DNA of 64,000 nt from an uncultured virus (IMG/VR IMGVR_UViG_3300023184_000085) (Duplodnaviria > Heunggongvirae > Uroviricota > Caudoviricetes), in the IMG/VR virus record IMGVR_UViG_3300023184_000085; one strand, 5' to 3'. How positions within the stretch are numbered: position 1 is the first letter of the stretch; every line of letters starts with the position of its first letter. Shown here piece after piece: positions 30,981-40,411 of this stretch. The position numbers and the translations under genes were made by a program. The notes beneath the pieces are model-generated. The model saw only the letters and a list, made by a program, of their open reading frames with translations. It had not been told where the DNA came from and did not search any database.

Positions 30981-31259
30981 ATGAATAGTATATCGAGTTT
31001 GTTTACAGATCCAAAAATTCAACAAATAAAAAAATTGGTTTTTGAGATTTCAAAAACCAAATATGTTGAAAATGAAGAAATAATAGAAAGATTGTGTTCC
31101 CTTATATTAACAAAACACGATGGAGAGAAATTTATAAAACTAATAATGGACATTTACGAATCTGGCTATAAAAAATCGGTTAACGATCATAAAGAAATAC
31201 TTGAGAAACTTGGATATTCTGTTAAGATAACAGGCACTCAATCAGAAAATGCTGGTTGA
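30981..31259 (+). CDS. Hypothetical protein
   Basis: AAGG RBS, 92 aa. Confidence 0.6.
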   Translation: MNSISSLFTDPKIQQIKKLVFEISKTKYVENEEIIERLCSLILTKHDGEKFIKLIMDIYESGYKKSVNDHKEILEKLGYSVKITGTQSENAG

Positions 31260-31807
31260 TAGGAAGAAATAACACATTTAATAAGAAAGCCTCCAGACTT
31301 TTCTTCTAACTGCGATACGCTCCACCATCTTTTCATTTTGTTTTTAGGATACAATATTGAACCAAAGTCAATATTTTTAACTGTCGTCCAACATTCGAAA
31401 TTAACATCTGTTTCTTCTGTTATCACTATTTCTAATACAAAAGGCGTATCGTATGAAATAGTTTTACGAACTTCATCGTATAACGAATCCACTTTACTTT
31501 CTACTTTCGTAGGCAAACAATAACACAAGGTTGTTGGAATAGTTATTTTTTTATCTTGTTTTGGAGGTGGAACTTCTTCTTTTTTTACAGCTTCTTCTTG
31601 TTTGGGCGGATTTCTTTCCAATTCTTCGATAAAAGGATCTTTTTTTACAACTGTTTCTTGCGATACATTGTTATCTTCGGAACCAAAACTATAAGGATTC
31701 CATTCCATATTATGAAGAACATATCCATTCCAAGTTTTTTGTTCTTTCATAACTGGTATTGGACCGTTTAATTTAAAAATTGAACCATCTGAATTTTTAA
31801 TAGCCAT
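31238..31807 (-). CDS. Possible divergent paralog of the gp14-like head-closure protein
   Basis: IKNSDG, DSLYDE and GSILYP...WWSV parallel motifs in 32642..33184. Confidence 0.45.
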   Translation of the reverse strand: MAIKNSDGSIFKLNGPIPVMKEQKTWNGYVLHNMEWNPYSFGSEDNNVSQETVVKKDPFIEELERNPPKQEEAVKKEEVPPPKQDKKITIPTTLCYCLPTKVESKVDSLYDEVRKTISYDTPFVLEIVITEETDVNFECWTTVKNIDFGSILYPKNKMKRWWSVSQLEEKSGGFLIKCVISSYQPAFSD

Positions 31808-31925
31808 GCAATATAATATCAACATATATCTAAAAAATATTGTTAAGTAAAAAATACCAAAGGCAATACTATATAAGATTGTATCGGAAATTATGATTTT
31901 TAATATGCCAATTAATTTGGTGAAA

Positions 31926-32076
31926 TACCGTGGGGTACACGGAAATTAAAGCTGGTTGAGAGGATAAGTTTCATGTCGAGAAATCAACAAGTCACCATCT
32001 AATAGACCAGAATCAAACAAAAAATCTGCTTATAGATTTTTATAAGTTTGTATACCAAAATTACTTTTTGGAGATT
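31926..32076 (+). ncRNA. Orphan TnpB/IS607-type omega-RNA-like element (scaffold ~31926-32056 plus putative guide)
   Basis: Stems CCGTG/CACGG, CTGGT/ACCAG, AAAC..AAAAATCT/AGATTTTT..GTTT; loop GGTA complementary to TACC at 32053-32056; preceded by a decayed tnpB-like C-terminus. Confidence 0.6.
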
Positions 32077-32083
32077 GATTTAC

Positions 32084-32539
32084 ATGGCACTTATAGTTCC
32101 AAACGATAGCGAAATTCTCCTGTTGCAATATATAGTTAACTCTACCAATACTGATGGAACTGCACCTACGGCTACAGTTGCAACATATTCTAGTGGCAAC
32201 AGAGTGTTACATCTTTTCACAAACAATTTAACTCCAGCAGAAACGACGACTATTGGTGCGGTAACAGAGGCGACAGCATCTGGATACGCATCGATTACTC
32301 TTCTTGGCACAGCATGGAGCATTGGTACTGATGGGGGTGGAGTAACTACTGCAAGTTATTCTGAAGTTACATTTACATTTACAACCGCAGTAACTTGTTA
32401 TGGATATTACATTACCACTAGTGCTTCGTATTCTGGCGGTGTAAAACTACTATGGCTTGAACGATTTACAGGCGCACCTTTCCAATTGCCTTCTGGTGGT
32501 GGTCAAATCGCTATAACACCAAAAGTTTCACTAGAATAA
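32084..32539 (+). CDS. Virion structural (tail-associated) protein
   Basis: GGAG RBS; LHLFTNN, GYASITL and YGYY pattern of small phage tail proteins; Thr-rich; own terminator. Confidence 0.6.
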   Translation: MALIVPNDSEILLLQYIVNSTNTDGTAPTATVATYSSGNRVLHLFTNNLTPAETTTIGAVTEATASGYASITLLGTAWSIGTDGGGVTTASYSEVTFTFTTAVTCYGYYITTSASYSGGVKLLWLERFTGAPFQLPSGGGQIAITPKVSLE

Positions 32540-32564
32540 CAAACAAAACATGGTTTTATAAATT

Positions 32565-32600
32565 AAAAAGGGTCGATTTAATAATCGACCCTTTTTTTTT
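32565..32600 (+). terminator. Intrinsic terminator
   Basis: aaaaagggtcgatt/aatcgaccctttt stem followed by a T-run. Confidence 0.85.
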
Positions 32601-32641
32601 AATTTTAAGCAATATATAGATTGTCACAAACTGGGGTGGAA

Positions 32642-33184
32642 ATGATTTACAATTGCGATGGAACACCATATAAACCAAGTGGTACATACCAACAATACAA
32701 TCCAAACAATCCAGAACACGATTTGTTTAATTCGTGGGATCAAGAATCATTGCGTAGAGGTGGATCGCCAATATTTTATTACGAAGTCTTCATCCAACCA
32801 CAAACAGTTGATCCCATTTATTTTGAAGATCGTGGTAAACTTTTCAGCCCAATTTCAGTCGAGCTTTGGGGCAACTACGAACCAGTACCTTCTCAAAATT
32901 ATATGAGTGCGTTTGGTATAGACGCACCAGACGAAATGAGATTTGAAGTAAATTATAGAGCCACATTAAAATCAATTGGTCATCCACCAAAAATAGGTTC
33001 AAGAATTTTTACTCCACATCTAAGAGAAAATTGGGTGGTGATTCAACGGAATTTAGGGGAATTTAAATTGTGGGGTGCTTTGCGATTGGAATTAATTTGT
33101 CAAAGATTCCAAGAGTCGCTTACCACTGGAGAAGGAAAAGTTACAGAAGAACAACCAAAAGTACAAAAAATTAAAATCATATAA
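32642..33184 (+). CDS. Head-closure/neck protein (T4 gp14-like)
   Basis: DPIYFED, FGIDAPDEMRF and PPKIGSRI pattern; position before terminator and sheath genes. Confidence 0.75.
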   Translation: MIYNCDGTPYKPSGTYQQYNPNNPEHDLFNSWDQESLRRGGSPIFYYEVFIQPQTVDPIYFEDRGKLFSPISVELWGNYEPVPSQNYMSAFGIDAPDEMRFEVNYRATLKSIGHPPKIGSRIFTPHLRENWVVIQRNLGEFKLWGALRLELICQRFQESLTTGEGKVTEEQPKVQKIKII

Positions 33185-33194
33185 GGAGTCAAAA

Positions 33195-33536
33195 ATGAAC
33201 TTTTATAAATTAAACAATCTTATTCTTGAAGAAATCGAAGTCAACAAGGATCAATCTGGGGTAGATGCTCCAGCCAACGACAATGCAGTCAGTGCCTTTA
33301 AACCTGTACTTCAAGCATTAATCGACAAGGTTCAAAATGAAAAAGTAAAAAAAATGATTCAAGAATTTATTGATAAACTTTCTGGAACCACAACCGAGCC
33401 TTCTAAAGAAAAAGCTCCAGAAAAAGCATCGCCATCTGGCGAAGTTCCTGCTCAACCTTCTGCTCCACCACCATCTGGTAGTGCAGAAATGCCACCAGAA
33501 CCACCATCAACGCCACCAACACCACCCCAAATGTAA
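33195..33536 (+). CDS. Pro-rich protein, candidate internal head protein
   Basis: AAGGAG RBS; Pro/Ser-rich C-terminus. Confidence 0.6.
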   Translation: MNFYKLNNLILEEIEVNKDQSGVDAPANDNAVSAFKPVLQALIDKVQNEKVKKMIQEFIDKLSGTTTEPSKEKAPEKASPSGEVPAQPSAPPPSGSAEMPPEPPSTPPTPPQM

Positions 33537-33696
33537 TATTTCCTACTTGGACTTATGAGCATAAAAGGAATTTTTATTTTCTTAATATATCTCGGTTCGT
33601 ATTGATATAAAAACTTTTTTTGGTTGGTTTTTTTGGTTGTTATAAATTTCATAATGTAAAATATAATAGTAAATATTTTATTAAAAAGGATAAGCA

Positions 33697-34665
33697 ATGG
33701 AATCAGAAAAGAATGTTTGTAATGATAAAAGTTTCTTGCCAAACAACCCAATATTAGATAAGCCTCCGGGAAATTGTGATGGGCCAGAATTAAATTTAAA
33801 AAACCCAAATACCGAAGACTTGGCTTGGTTAGACGATAAATCATTTAAAAAAACAGGTCTCGGAGCGGGAGCAAACTGCGACCCAATGCAAACAGGCCAA
33901 ATCGTACAAGATTCAAATAATCCCGATACCCAAACAGTTTATAGATACAGCAAGGCTAAACGTGGTTGTGATGAAGCCATGATCGATCTATTCAGAAATG
34001 TAATAGTAATCGATGAAAACGCAAAATCATTTCCAGTACCGATAATTTGGGGTACTCAAGAAAAAGCAGTAGCAGCAATACTTCAAGAAAATCTTGTAAA
34101 AGACGAAACCCTTGTAGTCAATCGCATCAGGCTACCTTTCATGGCAATTATAGATAATGGTTACGCCTTTAATGCCAACAGATACACATACCACAAAGCA
34201 ATTGATTACATGCGTGATCCGGCTCTTGGAAATAAGCCCGGATTTACTACAAGCGAAAAATATGAAAGAGACACAATATTTGGCGTAGCAAGAGGTATTC
34301 CAATAGATATAAATTACACATTAACTATTTGGACATTATATTTGGAAGATATGAATCAGATATTCGAACAAATTATTACAAAATTTAGTCAAACTGCATA
34401 TATAAGAGTAACTGGCGTACCTTGGGAGGTAATTGTAAAGTTAGATTCGATATCAAATAATCTTGACGCAGAACCGGGCGACCAAGCAATCAGGATTATA
34501 AAATACGAATTTGGATTTACTACTGAAACTTTCATACCTCAACCGATAGTTAGAAAGAAAGCGATATTAAAGACTAAGATCGACATTGTTGATGGATTAA
34601 ACGAAAATGATATATCGAAGGTTATGCTTAAAATAGAGGAAGCTGTTAAGGAACTTAAATGTTAG
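33697..34665 (+). CDS. Tail terminator/sheath stabiliser (T4 gp15-like)
   Basis: VPIIWGTQEK, RLPFM, PIDINYTL and DMNQIFEQI motifs. Confidence 0.8.
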   Translation: MESEKNVCNDKSFLPNNPILDKPPGNCDGPELNLKNPNTEDLAWLDDKSFKKTGLGAGANCDPMQTGQIVQDSNNPDTQTVYRYSKAKRGCDEAMIDLFRNVIVIDENAKSFPVPIIWGTQEKAVAAILQENLVKDETLVVNRIRLPFMAIIDNGYAFNANRYTYHKAIDYMRDPALGNKPGFTTSEKYERDTIFGVARGIPIDINYTLTIWTLYLEDMNQIFEQIITKFSQTAYIRVTGVPWEVIVKLDSISNNLDAEPGDQAIRIIKYEFGFTTETFIPQPIVRKKAILKTKIDIVDGLNENDISKVMLKIEEAVKELKC

Positions 34666-34886
34666 AAATTAAAAACAAGAATAAATTTCCAGTACAGTTG
34701 ATAATAAAGTCAAGAAAGGCACCTCGTTCTTTCACCACTCTAAATGTTCCATCTATAGGTAGTGGAAAAAATATTTATTATTTAGAAGATGAAAGAACAA
34801 CTGAATACATAGATAGAGCAGTAGATCAAGGATTAATATCCGTAAAATACCTACCAAACAAAATTTTGCTAAAGGGAGATAAATAA
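34659..34886 (+). CDS. Small protein preceding the tail sheath gene
   Basis: AAGGA RBS, 75 aa, coupled to neighbours. Confidence 0.6.
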   Translation: MLEIKNKNKFPVQLIIKSRKAPRSFTTLNVPSIGSGKNIYYLEDERTTEYIDRAVDQGLISVKYLPNKILLKGDK

Positions 34887-34887
34887 T

Positions 34888-37281
34888 ATGGCTATTTTAA
34901 AAGGTTTTCCACCTTCGAACACAATCAGTCCCAGTGTAAGAATAACTGAGAAAGATTTGTCCTTCATCGCACCAGAACAAACTTTACATGTTGGTGCATT
35001 GGTAGGATTTGCAAGCAAAGGCCCAATTAACTTGCCTACGCTCGTAAGCACTAACGCTCAACTTCATAGAATTTTCGGACAACCTCATCCAGATGTTAGC
35101 GATCCATATTTGACATATGCTGCTGATCAATATCTTTTAGTAGCAAATCAAGTGTATATCGTTCGTGTTGCAGAAGTAGACCCAGTAAATGATGAAGAAG
35201 CTACAGAAGCAAAAGTTAAAATTCCATCCGCAGGTGGAGTTGTAGAAGTAATAGGCTCTGTTGGGTTTATGAACGACGAATCAGAAACAGCCACAGTTAT
35301 GACCGATAAGTTTTTCGCATATAGATTAAATGGTCAGCTTATGCCAAAGACTTTGGTTCTCACTGTTGACGATCTTGAGCTTGGACAAGAATATACAGTT
35401 CAAGAAGTCGTAACAGCCCTTAATGATCAACTTAGTTCCGATGATGGAATTGAATTCTTCAAGCACGATGATGGCGATGATGATTTCCTTGGAGTAAGGA
35501 CTATTTGGGCTTATGGTCCAAATGCTACATTAGAATTTGTTTCCATTCAAGATTCAATTTATGGTGGTGACAGCCAATTTGGTTTAGGAACCGATATGTC
35601 TCATGCTTATGTAACTGGAGACAATACCTTTTTCCCTCTTGATGATGCATATTCAGTAAACGGAGAATATGATCTAGGTGGGTTATCTGAATTGAATATC
35701 AACATCGTTGTAGACGGAACCGATAATGTTCTTATCGATAATGTTGTACAAGTAGTAGACTTAGACGCAGCATTAGGAACTTTAGCTGACGACACCGCAA
35801 TTGCAGATATCGTTGACGCAATAAATGACTATCGTGACGACAATCTTCCCGGTGGATGGGAAGCAGCAATAGACACTAACACATACAGTCTAAAAATCAA
35901 TACTCTTGCTTATGGTAAAGACTCCCGTATTCGCATTAAACCAGACAGTACAGCACTAGATGTTTTTGGATTTTCCACATCTACCAAAAAAGGAGAAAGT
36001 CCTTCTAGAGCATCTGACGATGTCGACGTAGCAGTTGCAGGTGTAATATCTGGAACTAGCAACACTGGTGATGAAACTACTTTTGTAGTACAAGCTGATT
36101 CTGTTGGTATTGATGGCAACATGACTCAAGTTAGAGTGACCAATGATGTAAACGCAAATGTATTCACAGTCGAAGTGTTTAACGATGCTGTTCAAGTAGA
36201 AGCATGGGGCAATCTTACCAAAGATCCAACTAGCCGTTTCTATGTTGAAAGTTATCTTTCCTTAGTATCTGATTACATTCGTGTTTCTGACGATACCGAT
36301 GTAAACGCAGGTCCTGCAAACGGAACCTATACACTAGTTGGTGGCTCTGATGGCATCCCAGCAGATCCAGATGATCAAGATTCACTTTTAGTTGGTAGCA
36401 AAATCGGTTCTACTGGTCTTTATACCATGTCCGACACCGAACAAATCGATATCGATTTAATTGCAATTCCCGGCCACGCAAGCACTACTTGTGTTACCGC
36501 TTTGATCGACTTCTGTCAAAATGTCAGAACCGATTGCCTTGCTATTATCGATCCTCCTTTTGGTCTTACCATCAAGGAAATCATTGCTTGGCAGAACGGA
36601 AGTCACCCTCTCAATACCACAAAGTTAGATACTGACTTTGCTGCATTGTACTGGCCTTGGGTAAAAACTCGTGACAACTACAATCAAGTAGATGTTTGGG
36701 TTCCTCCAAGTGGTTCTGTAATGGCAACAATTGCACGAAGCGATAGTATTGCTCGTCCTTGGTTTGCTCCAGCTGGTATTACTCGTGGTATCGTTCCCGG
36801 TATTTCAGATGTTTACGATAGGCCGAACTTGGAAGAAAGAGATCTACTCTACGGCAATAGAAATTGTGTAAATCCCATTGTTAGCTTCCCAGATGTTGGC
36901 GGGTTCGTAGTTTTTGGTCAAAAGACCTTACAACGAAGACCTACAGCGTTAGACAGAGTAAACGTTCGAAGAATGATGTTCTATGTAGAAAAAAGAATCC
37001 GTGTCGCTTCTAGAACTTTGCTATTCGAACCAAATGATGCTACCTTTAGAAGCAAATTTATACTTTTGGCAAAAGGAATCTTAGAAGAAGTACAAGTTGG
37101 AAGAGGCATTACTGCTTATATCATTAAAGCCGACACTGAATTGAACACACCAGATGTAATTGATAGAAATGAATTTAGGGCCAGAATTGGTATTCAGCCC
37201 ACAAGAGCAGTCGAATTCATGTTTATTGAATTCTCTATTCACAGAACCGGTAGTTTCTCTGAAAACGCAGATACATTCTAA
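34888..37281 (+). CDS. Tail sheath protein (T4 gp18-like)
   Basis: SPSVRITEKD, YWPWV, VPPSG, WFAPAG.RG, FGQKTL and DRVNVRR motifs. Confidence 0.97.
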   Translation: MAILKGFPPSNTISPSVRITEKDLSFIAPEQTLHVGALVGFASKGPINLPTLVSTNAQLHRIFGQPHPDVSDPYLTYAADQYLLVANQVYIVRVAEVDPVNDEEATEAKVKIPSAGGVVEVIGSVGFMNDESETATVMTDKFFAYRLNGQLMPKTLVLTVDDLELGQEYTVQEVVTALNDQLSSDDGIEFFKHDDGDDDFLGVRTIWAYGPNATLEFVSIQDSIYGGDSQFGLGTDMSHAYVTGDNTFFPLDDAYSVNGEYDLGGLSELNINIVVDGTDNVLIDNVVQVVDLDAALGTLADDTAIADIVDAINDYRDDNLPGGWEAAIDTNTYSLKINTLAYGKDSRIRIKPDSTALDVFGFSTSTKKGESPSRASDDVDVAVAGVISGTSNTGDETTFVVQADSVGIDGNMTQVRVTNDVNANVFTVEVFNDAVQVEAWGNLTKDPTSRFYVESYLSLVSDYIRVSDDTDVNAGPANGTYTLVGGSDGIPADPDDQDSLLVGSKIGSTGLYTMSDTEQIDIDLIAIPGHASTTCVTALIDFCQNVRTDCLAIIDPPFGLTIKEIIAWQNGSHPLNTTKLDTDFAALYWPWVKTRDNYNQVDVWVPPSGSVMATIARSDSIARPWFAPAGITRGIVPGISDVYDRPNLEERDLLYGNRNCVNPIVSFPDVGGFVVFGQKTLQRRPTALDRVNVRRMMFYVEKRIRVASRTLLFEPNDATFRSKFILLAKGILEEVQVGRGITAYIIKADTELNTPDVIDRNEFRARIGIQPTRAVEFMFIEFSIHRTGSFSENADTF

Positions 37282-37306
37282 ATAAATTTTAAAAAGAGAG
37301 GTAACA

Positions 37307-37900
37307 ATGACACAGGAAATGGGATTGGGATTACTTGGTAATGATAACATCGTATTCAAAAGAAAATATAGATGGACGATGCAATTTTTTACTCCTTGTA
37401 ACTCGGTAATTGGAGAACATTTAGTAAAAGTATCTTCAAGACCAAATATTTCAATTGAAGAAACTGAAATTAATTATCTTCACGGAAAGATGTGGATTCC
37501 CGGCAAAGCGACTTGGGAAACCATAAGCGTAACATTTTATGATATAGCAATTCAAAATGGTACTGCTGGTTCAAATGGAATATACACTTGGTTGGCTACA
37601 GTTTACGACTTTACCGACAACGTAGGTCTCAAGCAGTCTTCCCGCAGGGGAACAGAAGATAACTCATCCAACGGTTATGCTGGAAAAGTAGCCCTTACAA
37701 TGTTCGATGGCTGTGGGGCAGAATTAGAAAAATGGACTTTAGGACATTGCTGGCCTCAAGCCATTAACTTTGGAGAACTTGATTATTCAAGTTCTGAAGA
37801 AGCGACCATCGAAGTAACCTTGCGTTACGCCACAGCACAATACGAAGTAATGTGTGGTCAAATGACTCCGCCTTGTTGTGCAGGTTGCTACGACAGTTAA
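37307..37900 (+). CDS. Tail tube protein (T4 gp19-like)
   Basis: FKRKYRW, PGKATWETISVTFYD and WPQAINFGELDYS motifs; follows the sheath gene. Confidence 0.92.
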   Translation: MTQEMGLGLLGNDNIVFKRKYRWTMQFFTPCNSVIGEHLVKVSSRPNISIEETEINYLHGKMWIPGKATWETISVTFYDIAIQNGTAGSNGIYTWLATVYDFTDNVGLKQSSRRGTEDNSSNGYAGKVALTMFDGCGAELEKWTLGHCWPQAINFGELDYSSSEEATIEVTLRYATAQYEVMCGQMTPPCCAGCYDS

Positions 37901-37915
37901 TATTTAACAAACACC

Positions 37916-37948
37916 AAAAAAAAGGTCTTGTTTACAAGACCTTTTTTT
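37916..37948 (+). terminator. Intrinsic terminator after the first tube gene
   Basis: aaaaggtcttgt-tt-acaagaccttttttt. Confidence 0.85.
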
Positions 37949-37964
37949 ACATAAAGAGATAAAC

Positions 37965-38501
37965 ATGCCTGAAAAATTAGATATGGGGCTAGGACAATTA
38001 AATCTACCAACCACATGTTTTAAAAGAAAATATAGATGGTTTGTAAAATTCGACGAAATTAATTACACCTTCATTTTACCGCCAAACAAAACAGCAAGAC
38101 CAACACTTACTTTCAAAGATATGGAGGCACAACATCTCAACGAAACTATTTACTTTCCGGGCAAACCAGATTGGAAGCCAATAACTTTGACTTTATATGA
38201 TATTCAAAAAGGAACAGACAATGCTGTTTGGAAAAAAATATTAGAATTATACGACCCAAAACAAGGTACTTACAATACATCTGTTGGTATTATCACTCAA
38301 GACTACGAAGATGGTTATAAATTCAAAGAAATGAAAGTTGGCATGTTGGATGGTTGTGGAAACACAATAGAAGTTTGGGTTTTTGAAAACCCTTACTTTC
38401 AAGAAGTAAACTGGGGAGAGTTAGACATGACAGTATCTGATGTAGTTTATGTCGATATAACTATTAGATATGATCGTGCCTATGTGCAAAACGAAGATTA
38501 A
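37965..38501 (+). CDS. Second tail tube-like protein (gp19-fold paralog)
   Basis: FKRKYRW, PGKPDWKPITLTLYD and WGELD motifs shared with 37307..37900. Confidence 0.88.
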   Translation: MPEKLDMGLGQLNLPTTCFKRKYRWFVKFDEINYTFILPPNKTARPTLTFKDMEAQHLNETIYFPGKPDWKPITLTLYDIQKGTDNAVWKKILELYDPKQGTYNTSVGIITQDYEDGYKFKEMKVGMLDGCGNTIEVWVFENPYFQEVNWGELDMTVSDVVYVDITIRYDRAYVQNED

Positions 38502-38731
38502 TATATATTCTTAAGTATGTCTCTACATCTCAAAAGCATTTCTTCTAATTCTTTAGGCTTGCAATTTAATATTCTGCAAGCTCCGCTTTTATTGAGTCTT
38601 CCTTTTTTAGTATAAACTTTATTTTCATTAGAAAGAAGTAATTCAACAAATTTACCAAGACCGTGTTCTTCGAGTTTTTTTAGTGTTTCTTGTCGTTCTA
38701 ATTGATCTAAACCATCGTTTCCATAAAACAT
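38498..38731 (-). CDS. Small HTH-like protein
   Basis: LNKSGACRILNCKPKELEE segment. Confidence 0.55.
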   Translation of the reverse strand: MFYGNDGLDQLERQETLKKLEEHGLGKFVELLLSNENKVYTKKGRLNKSGACRILNCKPKELEEMLLRCRDILKNIY

Positions 38732-38789
38732 AATTTTTCACCTATAAGTTATATTTAATTATATTGTGAATATAATTAAATATCAAGTT

Positions 38790-39314
38790 TTAAGAATTAT
38801 TATGTTTTTTAAAATTTTTATTTATATAAGGTAGATTTTGTTCAAATTTAAGCTGAACGAAATCAGAGTATCTTCTTTTTAAATCATTGTAGTTTCTTGC
38901 AGACCTATACAATTGCTTAAAATGATTTAGAATACAAGTGGTCATGTAATTGAACGCTTTTCCCTTAGAAGGATCGAATCTATCTACTTTTTCAAAACAT
39001 ATCATGACTCCTTCTTGCACAGCATCATCTTGATCTATTAAATTAAATTTGGCATATTTAACTATATTTTCTGATAAAGTATAAAAAGCAAATGCTATTT
39101 TTTCTTGTGTTTCTTGAAATTTATTATTTGAGATTTTGTATTTTTCTTGAATTTCAAGCCAAACTTCTGGTAATTTGTAATTTTTATTTTCATTTAAAGT
39201 ACAAGTTATTTCGTTCGATATAAAATATAATTGATTTTTTTCTTTTTTTATATTTTGAAAAACGGAAATTAAAATCTCAAATGTTTTATTGTTTAAATAT
39301 TCCTGAACCATCAA
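38790..39314 (-). CDS. Sigma-factor-like protein (region 2 only; gp55-like late sigma candidate)
   Basis: DDAVQEG...DRFDPSKGKAFNYMTTCILN is sigma region 2-like; no region 4. Confidence 0.75.
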   Translation of the reverse strand: MMVQEYLNNKTFEILISVFQNIKKEKNQLYFISNEITCTLNENKNYKLPEVWLEIQEKYKISNNKFQETQEKIAFAFYTLSENIVKYAKFNLIDQDDAVQEGVMICFEKVDRFDPSKGKAFNYMTTCILNHFKQLYRSARNYNDLKRRYSDFVQLKFEQNLPYINKNFKKHNNS

Positions 39315-40180
39315 ACCTCTTGATTGTTAAAGTTTTTTTGCCATTTTTTTTTCCAATCTTCAATTCTTTCAAGGGCTTGCTTTCTTGCATCTAAATACCA
39401 TTGATGTGATATATTATAGTATTCATGAGAATAAAGTTTTCCAGATGTATAACTTCTAAAGTGATCTATGTTTTCATCTAATGTCCGCATGAAGTTTTCT
39501 TCTTTACCTATTATCTCTGGTTTTATGCTATTATTCCTCAATATATAATTGCCTAACAACTCTGTATCTGGCCAATTCGGTCTTGTTGGGTGTGGTCTGT
39601 AATCTTCTATATTAAATGTATTTGCCAATCTTCTCAGACTCCAGCCAAAACCAATCTTGTCCATTGTCTTCATGTGATACATCGAACATGTGTGACTGAC
39701 CATTCCCTCCCAATCTTTATGCATTCGTTTTGTTATTTCGTAACCAACTACTGGAGATTTGTTCGAACAAGAATCAAGCATATCTTCCAATAGATTAATT
39801 CTTCTTAGAAAGCAATCTGAATGAGTGGCGAACAAATAATCTGATCTACACAAGGAAAATCCAAGATCCATAGCCATGGCAGGTAGATCACTTGGGTGCA
39901 AAACACCATTTAATCGTATGCTGTGAACTTCTATGTCTTCGCTTCGTAATTTTTCTATTTCTTTATAATTAGCTTCTGTGCTTCCAGTATCGACGATAAT
40001 AATAAATGGCTGAATAGTTTGCAATTGCAGCAATTCAACGCAAACCTTAAGCTCTTCTACGGTGTCTATTACTGGTACAACCGCAGTTATTTGATATGAC
40101 CATGGTCGGTTGGTGCAATCGCCCTCCCAAGGTATTAAATTGTTTAAATCGTCACGAATTGGAGCTATTGATGGTATCAT
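39311..40180 (-). CDS. GT-A/GT2 family glycosyltransferase
   Basis: AVVPV, IIVDTGS and HSD motifs. Confidence 0.8.
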   Translation of the reverse strand: MIPSIAPIRDDLNNLIPWEGDCTNRPWSYQITAVVPVIDTVEELKVCVELLQLQTIQPFIIIVDTGSTEANYKEIEKLRSEDIEVHSIRLNGVLHPSDLPAMAMDLGFSLCRSDYLFATHSDCFLRRINLLEDMLDSCSNKSPVVGYEITKRMHKDWEGMVSHTCSMYHMKTMDKIGFGWSLRRLANTFNIEDYRPHPTRPNWPDTELLGNYILRNNSIKPEIIGKEENFMRTLDENIDHFRSYTSGKLYSHEYYNISHQWYLDARKQALERIEDWKKKWQKNFNNQEV

Positions 40181-40228
40181 AAATTTATTGGCCTTTACTA
40201 AGTTAATATAGAAAGTAAAAGTAAAACT

Positions 40229-40411
40229 ATGGACATTTTAAGTATTTTGACAGAAATTATAAATAACCCAAATGCAAAAAGAAACTATGTTAGATTATCT
40301 GATTACTATGCAAAAAATAATTTAATTCACGAAAACGAAGTCGTTGAAACAATAATAAAAGAATTCTTTGATGAAAATGAACAAAAAAATAACGACGATA
40401 ATAACCATTAA
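40229..40411 (+). CDS. Hypothetical protein
   Basis: 60-aa ORF upstream of the GT/TPR gene. Confidence 0.5.
   Translation: MDILSILTEIINNPNAKRNYVRLSDYYAKNNLIHENEVVETIIKEFFDENEQKNNDDNNH

Noticed and set aside
33452..33844. Minus-strand 130-aa ORF
   Set aside because: Overlaps two well-supported + strand genes and has no motif, though a short product from the 33537-33696 gap cannot be excluded.
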